DNA of 64,000 nucleotides from Polyangiaceae bacterium (GTDB lineage Bacteria; Myxococcota_A; Polyangia; Polyangiales; Polyangiaceae): the NCBI GenBank assembly GCA_965222375.1, contig CBDCTZ010000008.1, positions 224,001 through 288,000 on the forward strand, given 5' to 3'. The position numbers and the translations under genes are program-made. How positions within the stretch are numbered: the stretch's first letter is position 1; each line of letters begins with the position of its first letter. This document shows, piece after piece, positions 46,755 to 57,419 of the stretch. Under the pieces are notes generated by a model. That model saw only the letters and a list, made by a program, of their open reading frames with translations, ran no database searches and had not been told where the DNA came from.

Positions 46755-47912
46755 TCATTGCGCGGCTCTGATCTGCTCCATCACGACACCGAGCGGCGCG
46801 ACGACGATGGCGTCCTTGAGTTCATATTCGGCCTCGCCTGGATAGATGACCCACTTGCGGTCCGGTTGAAGATCTTCGCATGCGTTGTGAAAACCCCTCG
46901 ACACCGAGGGGGCGGAGTTTCGTTTAATCTCGATCGCCCAGCGCTCGCTGCCGACTTGCAGAAGCAGGTCTATCTCTGCGCCGGCCTGAGTGCGATAGAA
47001 GTGTGCGTCAACGCCCGGCTGCGATGCGGCTATCAGGTTCTCGATGACGAACCCTTCCCAGCTAGCGCCAGCCACCGGGTGGCCTAGTACGTCGTCGAGA
47101 CGGCGGAGGTTGAGCAGCGCGTGGAGGATGCCCGCATCCCGAACATAAGTCTTCGGACTCTTCACCAGGCGCTTTCCCACGTTGGTGTGCCACGGCCGAA
47201 GGCGGCGAACGAGCATCAGATCGCTCATGAGATCCAGGTAGCGACTTGCCGTCTGTCCTTTGACGCCGAGACTGGCGCCAATCCGCGAAGCGTTGAAGAG
47301 CTGGCCTTGGTGGTGCGCGAGCATGGTCCAAAAACGTCTCAGGGTCTCCGCCGGGATGCGAAGCCCAAGAGCTGGAACGTCACGCTCCAAATACGTTCGG
47401 ATGAAGTCCAAGCGCCAGTCGAGGCTGCCGTCCGGTTCGAGCCAGGCGTCCGGAAAGCCGCCGCGCAGCCAGAGGCTCGATGCATTCTCCGACCCAACTT
47501 CCAATACGTCGAACGGGAACAGCTCTTGGTACGACACGCGCCCGGCGAGCGACTCCGAGGACTGACGCAACAGATCATTCGATGCCGACCCCAGCAGGAG
47601 AAACTGTCCGTGGCGGCGCCCCGCGCGCCGATTCTGATCGATCTGGCTGCGAATCACCTGAAAGAGATCCGGCCGGCGCTGCACCTCGTCGATGACGATG
47701 AGTTTGTCCTGGTAGTTATGGAAGTAGAATTCCGGGTCTTCGATCTTGCGTGCATCCGATGGCGCTTCGAGGTCGAGATAGACCGCGCTGAATTCGCTCG
47801 CCACCGCCTGCGCCAGGGTCGTCTTTCCGACCTGTCGTGGCCCAATCAGGACGACCGCGGCTCGCTGCTGGAGCGCCGAAAGCAGGCGAACGCGAAGCCG
47901 ACGAGTAATCAT
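46755..47912 (-). CDS. AAA+ ATPase with DUF4143 (COG1373-type)
   Basis: GPRQVGKTT, VIDEVQ, LLGS, SESLAGR, RGGFP, KSPKTYVRD, EIDLL..AIEIK. Confidence 0.92.
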   Translation of the reverse strand: MITRRLRVRLLSALQQRAAVVLIGPRQVGKTTLAQAVASEFSAVYLDLEAPSDARKIEDPEFYFHNYQDKLIVIDEVQRRPDLFQVIRSQIDQNRRAGRRHGQFLLLGSASNDLLRQSSESLAGRVSYQELFPFDVLEVGSENASSLWLRGGFPDAWLEPDGSLDWRLDFIRTYLERDVPALGLRIPAETLRRFWTMLAHHQGQLFNASRIGASLGVKGQTASRYLDLMSDLMLVRRLRPWHTNVGKRLVKSPKTYVRDAGILHALLNLRRLDDVLGHPVAGASWEGFVIENLIAASQPGVDAHFYRTQAGAEIDLLLQVGSERWAIEIKRNSAPSVSRGFHNACEDLQPDRKWVIYPGEAEYELKDAIVVAPLGVVMEQIRAAQ

Positions 47913-47914
47913 CC

Positions 47915-47947
47915 TTGTAAATTTACCAGCAACCAGTAAATTTGCAA
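47915..47947. promoter_or_regulatory. palindromic operator candidate
   Basis: TTGTAAATTTAC-N9-GTAAATTTGCAA (11/12 symmetric) immediately before the ATPase start codon. Confidence 0.55.
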
Positions 47948-48056
47948 TGAAACCTGAAGGTAGCCATCACCCAGAGCCACCGCGTGCCGGGATTGGTTTT
48001 GGGGATGTGCCGGAAAGACGGGTTGCAGCGAGGAATCGCAGCGAACGGGCCTCAAT

Positions 48057-48311
48057 TCAGCTGCCGGGTTGCGAGCACCAACGAAAGCCTTCGAGCGTGT
48101 TCCACTGGATCTGCTCCGGATTCTTCAAGTACTCCTCGAAGTAGCCACAGGCGGTGCACACAAAGGCCTCGACCTGCCCCGTAGTCCCGTCTCGATTCCT
48201 CGCGATTTCTCTCGCGCGCGCCTTGTGAGTCACCGCGCCCTTGTCCATCACCTTCTCGAAATAGCCCACCGCTTTCGCTTGGCACTTCGGACACTGCCAT
48301 GTTCGCTTCAT
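48057..48311 (-). CDS. small zinc-ribbon protein
   Basis: CPKC..VCTACGYFEEY. Confidence 0.7.
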   Translation of the reverse strand: MKRTWQCPKCQAKAVGYFEKVMDKGAVTHKARAREIARNRDGTTGQVEAFVCTACGYFEEYLKNPEQIQWNTLEGFRWCSQPGS

Positions 48312-48367
48312 CTTGATGGCCGTAGCGCAACCAAGCAGAAGCTGAAAGCCTCGGCGGCGACCGCCCG

Positions 48368-49318
48368 TCAACGCGGCACGGGCACCGAGCACGAGTCTTG
48401 GGGCCCCAGCCAGCTCATCAGGTTGACCCAGAGTTTCTCGATCTCCGGCAGCGTCGTCCATTCCGAATCGAATTCGATCCACTCGTCACCCCAGACCACC
48501 GCACGCCCTTTGCCGCGCTCGTGGGCAAACACCACGGGGCCCGCGGCAATTGTGCCGATGGGCGTGCTCGTGCCGCCGGCGCCGCCACTGTCAGCGATGA
48601 CGTAGCCGCCGAGGAAGGTGACCGACGTGAGCCCGGCCGTGACCGGGTGCGTCGCGAAGTTGGTGATGGGCCCGTTTTGCAGCCCGGGCTGATACGAAAG
48701 CCCGAAAGGAGCCAGCAATGAATTGGTGTGGAAGTCGGGATCCGGGTTGCCGGTGTAGCCGGTCATGGACATGAATCCGCCACCGGCTTCTACCCAGGTC
48801 TTGAGGGTGTCGGCTTCGGGCGCCGTGTAGGCGCGGGACAGTCGGTCGAAGATGATGACGTCGTATTTGGCGAGCAGGGTTGCGTCGAAGGTCTCCGTTG
48901 CCGAGGTGTGGGTGCGCTCCACGGACGTGCCGCGCGCGGTGAGCCACCCCTGGAAGTTCGCGGATGGGTTCACGCCGGGGCTGCCGATGATGCCGATACT
49001 CAGGCAATCGCAAATACCGTCCTTGCCCACGTCCACGTCGTCGATCTTGCCGTTGCAGTCGTCGTCCATACCGTCGCACTTGGTCTCGGTGCTGCCCGTC
49101 GGCGTGCAACTCCCCGAGTCGGTGACGATACCGCCTCCGGTACCACCCGTGCCGGAGGAAGCGCCGCTACCGGAACTGCCCGAACTGCCTCCGCTGCCCG
49201 CTGCGCCTCCGACCGCACCGCCGCCGCCGAGCCCACTCGGTCCGGCCGTCTTTCCCTCGTCTGAGGAGCATTGGAGCAAGAGCCCACCGACGATCACGAG
49301 TCCGAGGTGCTGCAGCAT
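48368..49318 (-). CDS. myxobacterial-type lipoprotein (Gly-rich linker, Cys metal-binding repeat, GATase-like domain)
   Basis: LLQC lipobox-like; ETKCDGMDDDCNGKIDD; YDVII..WVEAGGG..GKGRAVVWGD. Confidence 0.7.
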   Translation of the reverse strand: MLQHLGLVIVGGLLLQCSSDEGKTAGPSGLGGGGAVGGAAGSGGSSGSSGSGASSGTGGTGGGIVTDSGSCTPTGSTETKCDGMDDDCNGKIDDVDVGKDGICDCLSIGIIGSPGVNPSANFQGWLTARGTSVERTHTSATETFDATLLAKYDVIIFDRLSRAYTAPEADTLKTWVEAGGGFMSMTGYTGNPDPDFHTNSLLAPFGLSYQPGLQNGPITNFATHPVTAGLTSVTFLGGYVIADSGGAGGTSTPIGTIAAGPVVFAHERGKGRAVVWGDEWIEFDSEWTTLPEIEKLWVNLMSWLGPQDSCSVPVPR

Positions 49319-49522
49319 GTCCTGAGCATACGCCATTCGGCCCTCGGTCACATCACGTCGGGGGCTCATGGTGGTCACCACGCCGCGCATGGCTGCGTCG
49401 GCCGCACCCCGGGGGCCAACGCGGGAGTCGTGCCCCAACGACGCCCCAGGGATGCGACCCCCAAAACCACGATTGCCGAAAAGATCGTGGCACGCGACAC
49501 GAAGCTGGCGGACAGTAGGCCC

Positions 49523-50179
49523 GTGGCTAGTTCGTTCCGCTTGGACATCGAGAAGTTCGTCGCGCTGACCGCGGCCATCGCGGCCGCCGGTTGCTCCCCC
49601 GCGCAGGCGGGGTCGGGTGCGAAGTCGGCAGAGCAGCCACCGGACTACGACACGACTCAAGGCGCTGACGCAGTGACGGTTCCGGAGCCGGAGGCCATCG
49701 AGCCCGAAGCGACGGAGCCCGTGTCGGAGGTGACGGATCCGCCGCCGACTCCCGGCTGCGATAACTCCGTCGGGGACGTGGACTGCAGCTTTGTCGATCC
49801 CCAGCGCTTCGCCGGGCCCATGTGCGAAGGCTTTCGCGGCTCCTGCGAATTGCTCAAAGACGGTCGTGCCTACAAGCCGCGGGCCGCGGCGGCCATCGCT
49901 CGCTGTTACGCCCGCCGGGGGCCGGCAGTCTGCAACATGCGGGTGCGCACGCAGTGTATTCGGGCGGGTCTCGAGGAGACCTGCGCGGATCCCAAGTTCA
50001 CGGAGTTTTGCGAAGACATCGTGCGCTCGTGCAAGAAGCGTCGGCGACGCATCGACTTCAACGTGGAGCAGTGCGTGAAGACCCTGTCAGGGATTGGGCC
50101 CGACGAGCTCAACTGGGCGAAGGGCGCCATGGGCAGCCCCTCCCGAGAGGGTTGTAAGTTGATGTTCCCGGTCTACTGA
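49523..50179 (+). CDS. Cys-rich hypothetical lipoprotein
   Basis: AAGC lipobox, Pro/Glu linker, many Cys; GTG start chosen. Confidence 0.6.
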   Translation: MASSFRLDIEKFVALTAAIAAAGCSPAQAGSGAKSAEQPPDYDTTQGADAVTVPEPEAIEPEATEPVSEVTDPPPTPGCDNSVGDVDCSFVDPQRFAGPMCEGFRGSCELLKDGRAYKPRAAAAIARCYARRGPAVCNMRVRTQCIRAGLEETCADPKFTEFCEDIVRSCKKRRRRIDFNVEQCVKTLSGIGPDELNWAKGAMGSPSREGCKLMFPVY

Positions 50180-50982
50180 CGCTTCGCGCGCTTGCGAGCT
50201 GGCTCCGCCTCATCGGATTCGTGCAAGTCGTCGGCGAGGTCGTCCTCTTCGTCTTCGTCGGTCGCGACTCGCTCCCTGCGGCCAGGCAGCTGATTCGCGC
50301 CGAAGGCAAAGGCGTCATCCTCGTGCAGCGCTTCGACGCGAGCATGCCCCTTCAAAGCGCGGCCTGCTCGTGGCGCCTCGGAGATGACCTGAGCGATCGC
50401 GTCCACGGCGGCCTGAAGCTGCTTTCCACGCTTCTGAGACAGGGCTGCAAAGTAGCTCCGAACCACTGCGTAGACCAGAAGCACCCAGGCGACCGCAACC
50501 GCCGGCAACATCCCGGTGCCCACGAAGCGCACGGCAAACGGCAGAACGAAGCCCAAGCCACCGCCGCCAACGCCTCCGACAACGCCGCCGAACAGGCCAC
50601 CAGCCAGGTTGCCGAGAGGCTCCGAGGCGACGATCTTCGTCTCGCCGAAGCGCGACGTGACGCTGAACTCGACCACTCGCTGCGTCGACGGCGGCCCCGT
50701 CGAGAATGTGAGCGTGCTTCCAATCCGAGACACCTGCCCCAGAGACGCAAAACGTGCGCGCAACAACTGCACGATGTCCTCTGCCAAGAGATCGTCGACC
50801 TCGCCAGCCACGCGCGCTTCGACGCGATGGTGAATGGCGCCGCCCAACACAAGGGGCCAAAAGCCGCCGGGTTTTGCCTGAGTTATCTGCAGCTGGCGGA
50901 TCTGCGCCTCGGCGTCTTCGAGCTGTCCCTCCAAGGAACGCACTCGGGCTCTCAGTTGCTCAGCTTCGTCGCGATAGCCCAC
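50173..50982 (-). CDS. hypothetical membrane protein
   Basis: Coiled coil, GGLFGGVVGGVGGGGLG TM hairpin, acidic tail; start uncertain. Confidence 0.6.
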   Translation of the reverse strand: MGYRDEAEQLRARVRSLEGQLEDAEAQIRQLQITQAKPGGFWPLVLGGAIHHRVEARVAGEVDDLLAEDIVQLLRARFASLGQVSRIGSTLTFSTGPPSTQRVVEFSVTSRFGETKIVASEPLGNLAGGLFGGVVGGVGGGGLGFVLPFAVRFVGTGMLPAVAVAWVLLVYAVVRSYFAALSQKRGKQLQAAVDAIAQVISEAPRAGRALKGHARVEALHEDDAFAFGANQLPGRRERVATDEDEEDDLADDLHESDEAEPARKRAKRQ

Positions 50983-51063
50983 GTCAGCGCACTGTAACAT
51001 TCGTGTTGCTAAGCAGAGTAGCGGTGGACAGGTGCATGTGCGCTCGGGCATTTTTGCTGACCC

Positions 51064-52305
51064 ATGCCGGATTCTCGCGACAAAGTCTTGGGCGTCGTTT
51101 TGGCAGGTGGCGAAGGTCGCCGTTTGGCCCCGCTCACGGATGATCGAGCCAAACCCGCCGTTCCTTTCGGTGGTGTGTATCGCTTGATCGATTTCGCACT
51201 GTCCAATCTGGTCAACGCTGGTTACCTGCGCATCGCGGTGCTCACGCAATACAAGAGCCACAGCCTCGACAAACACCTGGCGCAAACGTGGCGAATGTCA
51301 CCCCTCTTCGGCAACTACGTGATGAGTGTGCCCGCACAGATGCGTCTGGGCCGGCGCTGGTTCGAAGGTTCTGCCGACGCCGTTTACCAAAACCTGAATC
51401 TGATAACCGATGAAGATCCCGACTACATTTGTGTGTTTGGCGCCGACCACATCTATCGGTGCGACCCTTCTCAAATGGTCGAAGCCCACAAGCAGACTGG
51501 CGCTGGCGTCACCGTGGCGGGCATTCGCGTGCCCTTAGAGGAATCGTCGCGCTTCGGGATCATCGAGCCCGATGAGCGCGGCCGCATCAAGAGCTTTCGA
51601 GAAAAACCAAGCGACGCGGTGGGCTTGAGCGAAGCGCCGGATTCGGTTCTAGCGTCCATGGGCAACTACGTGTTCGACCGAGAGGTCCTCGTCAATGCGG
51701 TTCGAGAAGACGCTGAGCGGGAAGGCAGCCGCCACGACATGGGCGGCGACATCATCACGGGGCTAGTGGCAAGCGGCGATGCTGCGGTCTACGACTTCAC
51801 CCACAACGAGATCCCCGGCTCCACGGAGCGCGACAAGGGGTACTGGCGCGACGTGGGGACCTTGGACAGCTACTACGACGCCCAGATGGATCTCATCAGC
51901 GTGCACCCGATCTTCAATCTGTATAACCAGGAGTGGCCTATCCACACCTGGTACGGCTCCCTGCCGCCGGCGAAGTTCGTTTTCGACGAAGACGGACGGC
52001 GAGGCCAGGCGTTGGATTCCATCGTGGCCTCGGGGGTCATCATCGCGGGCGGTTCCGTTCGACACAGCGTGATTTCGCCCGGTGTGCGGGTCGACCCTGG
52101 CGCCAAGATCGACGATTCGGTTCTGATGAACGACGTTCACATCGGGGAGGGAGCTGTGGTCCGGCGGGCCATCTTGGACAAGGGCGTCGTCGTCGAACCT
52201 GGGGCGGAGATCGGCGTCGATGCCGAAAAGGACCGCGCTCGTGGACTCACGCTCAGTGAGCGCGGCGTCGCGGTCGTGAAAAAGAGCAGCGTCATCTCAC
52301 CATGA
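51064..52305 (+). CDS. glgC: glucose-1-phosphate adenylyltransferase
   Basis: [38 protein letters not shown]. Confidence 0.97.
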   Translation: MPDSRDKVLGVVLAGGEGRRLAPLTDDRAKPAVPFGGVYRLIDFALSNLVNAGYLRIAVLTQYKSHSLDKHLAQTWRMSPLFGNYVMSVPAQMRLGRRWFEGSADAVYQNLNLITDEDPDYICVFGADHIYRCDPSQMVEAHKQTGAGVTVAGIRVPLEESSRFGIIEPDERGRIKSFREKPSDAVGLSEAPDSVLASMGNYVFDREVLVNAVREDAEREGSRHDMGGDIITGLVASGDAAVYDFTHNEIPGSTERDKGYWRDVGTLDSYYDAQMDLISVHPIFNLYNQEWPIHTWYGSLPPAKFVFDEDGRRGQALDSIVASGVIIAGGSVRHSVISPGVRVDPGAKIDDSVLMNDVHIGEGAVVRRAILDKGVVVEPGAEIGVDAEKDRARGLTLSERGVAVVKKSSVISP

Positions 52306-53504
52306 GCGCGGAGCCACAGATTGCCCTTGTCTCCCGGGAGTACCCACCGGACGTCTACGGCGGCGCCGGCGTGCACGTGGAGTACCTGGCGCGAGAGCTC
52401 TCCAAGCTGACCGACATTGCCGTTCACTGCTTTGGCGACGCGCGGGAGGAGCCTTTCGTCTCGGCTCACCCGAGCTGGACCAGGCTCGATGGCGCAGCGC
52501 CGCACCTGGCCGCGCTGCGGACTCTGGCCACGGATCTGTCCGTGGCCAAGGAACTCGACGGCGCCGCGTTGGTGCACACCCATACCTGGTACGCCAACTT
52601 CGCCGGCCACCTGGCGAAGTTGCTCTACGGTATTCCCCACGTGATGACGACCCACAGCCTCGAGCCCCTGCGCCCATGGAAGGCGGAACAACTCAAAGGC
52701 GGCTACGAGGTCTCGTCTTTCTGCGAGCGCGTCGCGATCGAAAACGCAGACCGCGTCATCGCCGTTTCCGCGGGAATGAAACGCGACATCCTGGCCGCCT
52801 ATCCCAGAGTGGACCCCAGCCGCGTGGAAGTCATCTTCAACGGCATCGATCTGGACGAGTACCGCCCCAGCCCGGACGCGGCCGTCTTGAAGGAACACGG
52901 TATCGACAGCAGTGCTCCCTACGCCGTGTTCGTCGGACGCATCACGCGTCAGAAGGGCATCGTACATCTGCTGCGAGCCGCCGAGGCGTTGTCCAAGGAG
53001 ATCGGTCTGGTGCTCTGCGCCGGGCAGCCCGACACCCCGGAGCTGGCCCAGGAGTTTCGCCAGCGCTTCGAGGCGCTGACCCGAGAGCGCAGCAATGTCG
53101 TCTGGATCGAGCAAATGCTCCCGCGAAAGCAGCTCATCGCCATTTTGAGCCAAGCGCGCGTCTTCGTGTGCCCGTCGGTCTACGAACCCTTTGGGATCGT
53201 GAATCTCGAGGCCATGGCCTGCGGGATCCCAGTCCTGGCTTCGGCAGTGGGCGGGATCCCAGAGATCGTCATCCCGGAGCAGACCGGACAGCTCGTTCAA
53301 TTCGCCCCTCAGGACGGATCCACGGAGCCCCGAGACGCCCGCCAATTCGCGGCCGATCTAGCCGCTGGGATCGAGCGTGTGGCAACTGACGCCGACCTCG
53401 CCGCGCGCTGGGGCCGGGCGGGCCGCGCCCGCGTCGAAGCCGAGTTTTCCTGGACGGAGATCGCGAAAAGGACCCTCCGCACATACCGCCGGCTGCTTCA
53501 TTAA
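52302..53504 (+). CDS. glgA: GT4 glycogen synthase / GlgM-type glucosyltransferase
   Basis: [50 protein letters not shown]. Confidence 0.9.
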   Translation: MSAEPQIALVSREYPPDVYGGAGVHVEYLARELSKLTDIAVHCFGDAREEPFVSAHPSWTRLDGAAPHLAALRTLATDLSVAKELDGAALVHTHTWYANFAGHLAKLLYGIPHVMTTHSLEPLRPWKAEQLKGGYEVSSFCERVAIENADRVIAVSAGMKRDILAAYPRVDPSRVEVIFNGIDLDEYRPSPDAAVLKEHGIDSSAPYAVFVGRITRQKGIVHLLRAAEALSKEIGLVLCAGQPDTPELAQEFRQRFEALTRERSNVVWIEQMLPRKQLIAILSQARVFVCPSVYEPFGIVNLEAMACGIPVLASAVGGIPEIVIPEQTGQLVQFAPQDGSTEPRDARQFAADLAAGIERVATDADLAARWGRAGRARVEAEFSWTEIAKRTLRTYRRLLH

Positions 53505-53601
53505 GCTGCATGATTTCAACAACTTAACGGCTCGGAGGGACAAGTCGGTGAATCCGTACGCAGCGACCCGGGCTTTTGCGGCATGATGATGACGACAACG
53601 C

Positions 53602-54543
53602 ATGGCGTCCAACGACGGCAGTAACGACTTTCCCGACGAGGAAGAATTCGAAGGGGATCGCACCGCAATCGTTAACCTGCGCGAGCTGCGCCGCTCCAGC
53701 ATGCCGGCGGGCCCCGACCGACATGTGATCGTGCGCATGGATGCGGCCAGCGTCGGGAAAGTGATGACCCTCGACGGCAACGAGTACCGCCTGGGAAGGC
53801 ACCCGAGCTGCCAAGTCGTACTGAACGATGACGGGGTCAGTCGACGCCATGCCCGCATCGCCAAAGATGGCGGCAGCTACGTGCTAGAAGACATGGGCAG
53901 CGCCAACGGCACGTTCATCGCAGGCAAACGCATCGACAGGCAGCCGCTCCGCGACGGCGACGTATTCCAACTCGGCCCGAACGTGATGTATCGCTACACA
54001 TTCACGGACGCGAGTCAGGAGCGCATGCTGCAGCAGCTCTACGACGCCAGCGTCAAAGATGCCCTCACGGGCGCCTACAATCGCGAACACTTCGAGGAGC
54101 GCCTCAAAGTGGAAGTGGCCTACGCCAATCGCCACAGTACGACGGTTTCGCTGGTGATGTTCGACCTGGACCACTTCAAGAAGGTCAACGACACCTACGG
54201 CCATCAAGCCGGCGACGCGGTGCTCGTGGCGGTGTCGAAAATCGTTTCCCACGGCCTACGCACCGAAGACGTGTTTGCTCGTTATGGCGGGGAAGAGTTC
54301 GCCATCGTGCTGCGGGGCATCGATCTCAAGGGCGCAGCCGCCGTCAGTGAACGGATTCGACAGCGCCTGGCCGCGAACCCGGTGCCCTTCGAACAGCACC
54401 GAATCGAAGTGAGCATGAGCGTGGGCTGCGCCGCCCTCACCTGCTGCCCGGAAGTGTCCACGACCACTCTGGTCGCGATCGCGGATCGGCGCTTGTACGC
54501 TGCCAAGCGGGGCGGTCGCAATCGAGTCGTCTTCGAAGGCTAG
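53602..54543 (+). CDS. FHA-GGDEF diguanylate cyclase
   Basis: FHA GR..SRRHA..SANGT; DLDHFKKVNDTYGH, RTED I-site, RYGGEEF. Confidence 0.93.
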   Translation: MASNDGSNDFPDEEEFEGDRTAIVNLRELRRSSMPAGPDRHVIVRMDAASVGKVMTLDGNEYRLGRHPSCQVVLNDDGVSRRHARIAKDGGSYVLEDMGSANGTFIAGKRIDRQPLRDGDVFQLGPNVMYRYTFTDASQERMLQQLYDASVKDALTGAYNREHFEERLKVEVAYANRHSTTVSLVMFDLDHFKKVNDTYGHQAGDAVLVAVSKIVSHGLRTEDVFARYGGEEFAIVLRGIDLKGAAAVSERIRQRLAANPVPFEQHRIEVSMSVGCAALTCCPEVSTTTLVAIADRRLYAAKRGGRNRVVFEG

Positions 54544-55472
54544 GGCTTGGGCTCGGCTTCGGACTCGGGCTCGGCTTCGGACTCGGGCTCGGCTTCGGAC
54601 TCGGGCTCGCTCGGTTCGGGGCGCGCCCACACGTCCATCCGACGCAGGTCTTCCCACACCTGGCCTGCGGACGTGTAGCGGTACTGCTCCGTGCGCCGCA
54701 GCATCACGCTGGCGATGTGGCCCAAGGGTGTGCCCAGGGCTTCCGCCTTGGCGCGGGGTGACCCCAGGCGGATCTGCTCGACGATGCCGTCGTAGCCGAC
54801 CGAAAAGTCCAGCGCCTGCTCCCCGGTGTGCATTTGATACAGCAGCAGGCCCAACTGATACAGATCGCTCTGCTTGGTGGTGTATCCACCTGCCAGGACC
54901 TCCGGCGCCATGATGCGATGATGCACGACGTCCGGGCGCACGGCGTACTGCCCGTACATCTCCTGGGCGATGCCCAAATCGCTCAGCTTGCAGGTCAACT
55001 TGTGCCCCTGCACCATGAGCACATTGCCCGCGTGGAGGTCGTTGTGCACGATCTCGTTGTCCGCCAGGTACTGGATGGCGAACAACAGTTGGCGCATCAC
55101 CTCGACCACCAGGCGATCCGTAAAGGGCTGGGTCAACATGGTCTCGAGGGCGTGGTCGCAGCGTTCCAGTACCAGCGCGAAGTGGCCGGATTGCTCGAAG
55201 TAGTCGAACACGTGCACGATGTTGGGGTGGCGCAAGCGGTAGAGCCGATCCGCTTCCCGCAGCCACTCGGTTCGCACTTCTTGGTAGGGCCGGTCTTGAG
55301 GCTGGAAGATCTTGAGAGCAAAAGATTGGTCGAAGGGGCCGACGCAATCGAACACCGCTCCATAGGCGCCATCCCCCAAGAGGTTGCCGAGGAGGTAGGT
55401 CCAGCCCCGGGGCGAGCGCAAAACGCCGCCGCTCATGGGGAAAGCCTTGGATCCGCTGATTACCTCGGTCAC
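54540..55472 (-). CDS. serine/threonine protein kinase
   Basis: LGDGAYGAV, ALK, HNDLHAGN, SDLG, MAPE, SDLYQLG. Confidence 0.88.
   Translation of the reverse strand: MTEVISGSKAFPMSGGVLRSPRGWTYLLGNLLGDGAYGAVFDCVGPFDQSFALKIFQPQDRPYQEVRTEWLREADRLYRLRHPNIVHVFDYFEQSGHFALVLERCDHALETMLTQPFTDRLVVEVMRQLLFAIQYLADNEIVHNDLHAGNVLMVQGHKLTCKLSDLGIAQEMYGQYAVRPDVVHHRIMAPEVLAGGYTTKQSDLYQLGLLLYQMHTGEQALDFSVGYDGIVEQIRLGSPRAKAEALGTPLGHIASVMLRRTEQYRYTSAGQVWEDLRRMDVWARPEPSEPESEAEPESEAEPESEAEPKP
54549..54609. repeat. 18-bp tandem repeat (~3.4 copies) encoding EPESEA at kinase C-terminus
   Basis: GGGCTCGGCTTCGGACTC repeated. Confidence 0.9.
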
Positions 55473-55556
55473 GGCACGAAAACTCCAGGGGGCGGGCGAG
55501 TTGCCGGGCAGCTGGACTTGCGCGCCGGCCTAACATTGGCTAATAGCTCGCGACTC

Positions 55557-55721
55557 ATGTCGAATCGAGCGATTTGGAACGTCCGGCGCCGCCACGAGTG
55601 GCTCGCGCAGGAACCCAAGAAAAAGCGGATGAAACTGCGCAAGCGATTGCGCTGCGGGTTGGAGCAGGCCCTCCAGCGCAAGAAAGCCAAAGCCGAGCCC
55701 GAAGCGGCCGCCGGCGGCTGA
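55557..55721 (+). CDS. small basic hypothetical protein (54 aa)
   Basis: MSNRAIWNVRRRHEW..KKKRMKLRKRLR; fills intergenic gap. Confidence 0.5.
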   Translation: MSNRAIWNVRRRHEWLAQEPKKKRMKLRKRLRCGLEQALQRKKAKAEPEAAAGG

Positions 55722-55730
55722 TTCAGTATT

Positions 55731-56642
55731 TCAGTGACCGCTTGCAGGTGGCTCTCCTTCCCAGGCAGCCGCCCAGGTCATGCTGCGCGTTGAACGCGCA
55801 AGGCCCAGGCGTCCATCCGCAGCTGCGAGGATGATGCCGCCAGTGGAGCCGACGCGCTCCTCGAGCTCGCGCACCGCACCGGCTGCAGCCGACAGCGGCT
55901 CCGCACCCGCCACCAATCGCTGCACTGCGGCGTAGGCCATGCTCACCCGTATGATGCCTTCGCCATGACCCGTCGCGGACGCCGCACCGCCGGTGATGTC
56001 AGCGTAGGTGCCCGCACCTATCAGCGGCGTATCTCCCACTCGCCCGGCGCGCTTGGCCGCCGTGCCTCCGGTACTCGTCGCCGAGGCCACATTGCCCGAG
56101 CCATCTACGGCCACGGCGCCCACCGTGCCTCCGGCCCAACTTTGGGCCTCGCCCTGGGCGAGGGCGTCCTTCAACTTGGTGCGTGCTCGGTCGGTGATCA
56201 TGTCGGCCGGGTCCGCTGGACGAAACCCATTGTCCGTTGCAAACGCCGCCGCGCCTTCGCCGGCGTAGAGCACGTGCGCACCGTCCTCCAAGACTGCGCG
56301 CGCGATCTGAACGGGATTCTCGAAGGGAGGCAGCGCGCAAATCCCACCGGCACGGAGCTGTCGCCCCTCCATCACGCTGGCATCGAGCTGCAAATGCCCA
56401 TCCCGCGTCAGGCTGCCCCCCGTGGCAGCGTTGAAGCAGGGATCGTCTTCCAACACGCAGACGGCGCCCACCACGGCATCGAGGGCGGAGCCCCCCTGGG
56501 CCAGAACCTCCTGGCCTGCTCGCGCCGCCCGTACGCAGCCCGCCTCGTGCACGGCAATTCGATCCTGGGGCACGTCGCCCGCGCCGCCGTGTACGAGCAG
56601 ACCTGGCCCGCGGCCACCCGTCCAGGACGCCGTCACGCTCAT
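55731..56642 (-). CDS. iaaA: isoaspartyl peptidase / L-asparaginase (Ntn hydrolase)
   Basis: VHGGAG, LEDDPCFNA, GTVGAVA, ATSTGG, GRVGDTP, TGHGE. Confidence 0.92.
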   Translation of the reverse strand: MSVTASWTGGRGPGLLVHGGAGDVPQDRIAVHEAGCVRAARAGQEVLAQGGSALDAVVGAVCVLEDDPCFNAATGGSLTRDGHLQLDASVMEGRQLRAGGICALPPFENPVQIARAVLEDGAHVLYAGEGAAAFATDNGFRPADPADMITDRARTKLKDALAQGEAQSWAGGTVGAVAVDGSGNVASATSTGGTAAKRAGRVGDTPLIGAGTYADITGGAASATGHGEGIIRVSMAYAAVQRLVAGAEPLSAAAGAVRELEERVGSTGGIILAAADGRLGLARSTRSMTWAAAWEGEPPASGH

Positions 56643-57331
56643 CTCTGATCCCTCGACGCGTAGAGCCCGAGGGGCAAGCCACAACAGACGAGCCAGTAGG
56701 GAGCGACCCGCCCGGCAGCCACCGCGTGAAACAGGAAGATCGCGACGGCAATCGTCGCCATTGCCGAATAGGCCGCGCCCCGCAGCTTCGTGATGCGCGC
56801 GCCCCATAGGGGCGCCGAGATCCCCAGGGACGCCACGGCGAGCAGGGCACCCCAGCGCGGTGGCGGCGGAAGATCTGGCCGGGCCTCTTTATCCAGAAAC
56901 TGCAATGCGCCGTCCGAGCTCACGGCAACGCCCTGGGTTGCTTCCACGAGCTGTCCGCCTTGCACGCGAAACTCGGCGCCCCGCGCGGGAGTCGGAAACA
57001 GTGCGGCGGGTGCGGACCAGGAACCGCCAATCATGACGACCGCGACCAGCGCCATGAGCCAACCACCCGCAACCGCGCCCACAGTGGCCCGTGCGCGCCG
57101 AGCACCGAGTGCCGCCAGCGCCGCGAGTTCGCCTCGCCGCTCGAGCTGGGCGACGGCAAGGAACGCCGCGATGGCGGCAGCAGCGGGGATGAGTACACTC
57201 AAACGCGCGAGTCGCTGCCCCACGCCACTCCCGATTTCATCCGTGAGCAGCATGACGACCAGGGTCACGACGGCGACGGCCACGCCCAGGACGAAGGTCC
57301 GGATCGCGAGCAGTCGGTCCTGCGGTGTCAT
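56639..57331 (-). CDS. membrane protein with LptF/LptG-like motif
   Basis: LERRGELAALAALG; multiple TMs. Confidence 0.45.
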   Translation of the reverse strand: MTPQDRLLAIRTFVLGVAVAVVTLVVMLLTDEIGSGVGQRLARLSVLIPAAAAIAAFLAVAQLERRGELAALAALGARRARATVGAVAGGWLMALVAVVMIGGSWSAPAALFPTPARGAEFRVQGGQLVEATQGVAVSSDGALQFLDKEARPDLPPPPRWGALLAVASLGISAPLWGARITKLRGAAYSAMATIAVAIFLFHAVAAGRVAPYWLVCCGLPLGLYASRDQR

Positions 57332-57419
57332 CGTGGGTGGATCCTACACGCCACACGGGGGGTGGCGCTGTAACACCGTAGATTTGCCCAAAGCGATACA
57401 AATTCGCTAGCGCTTCCCC

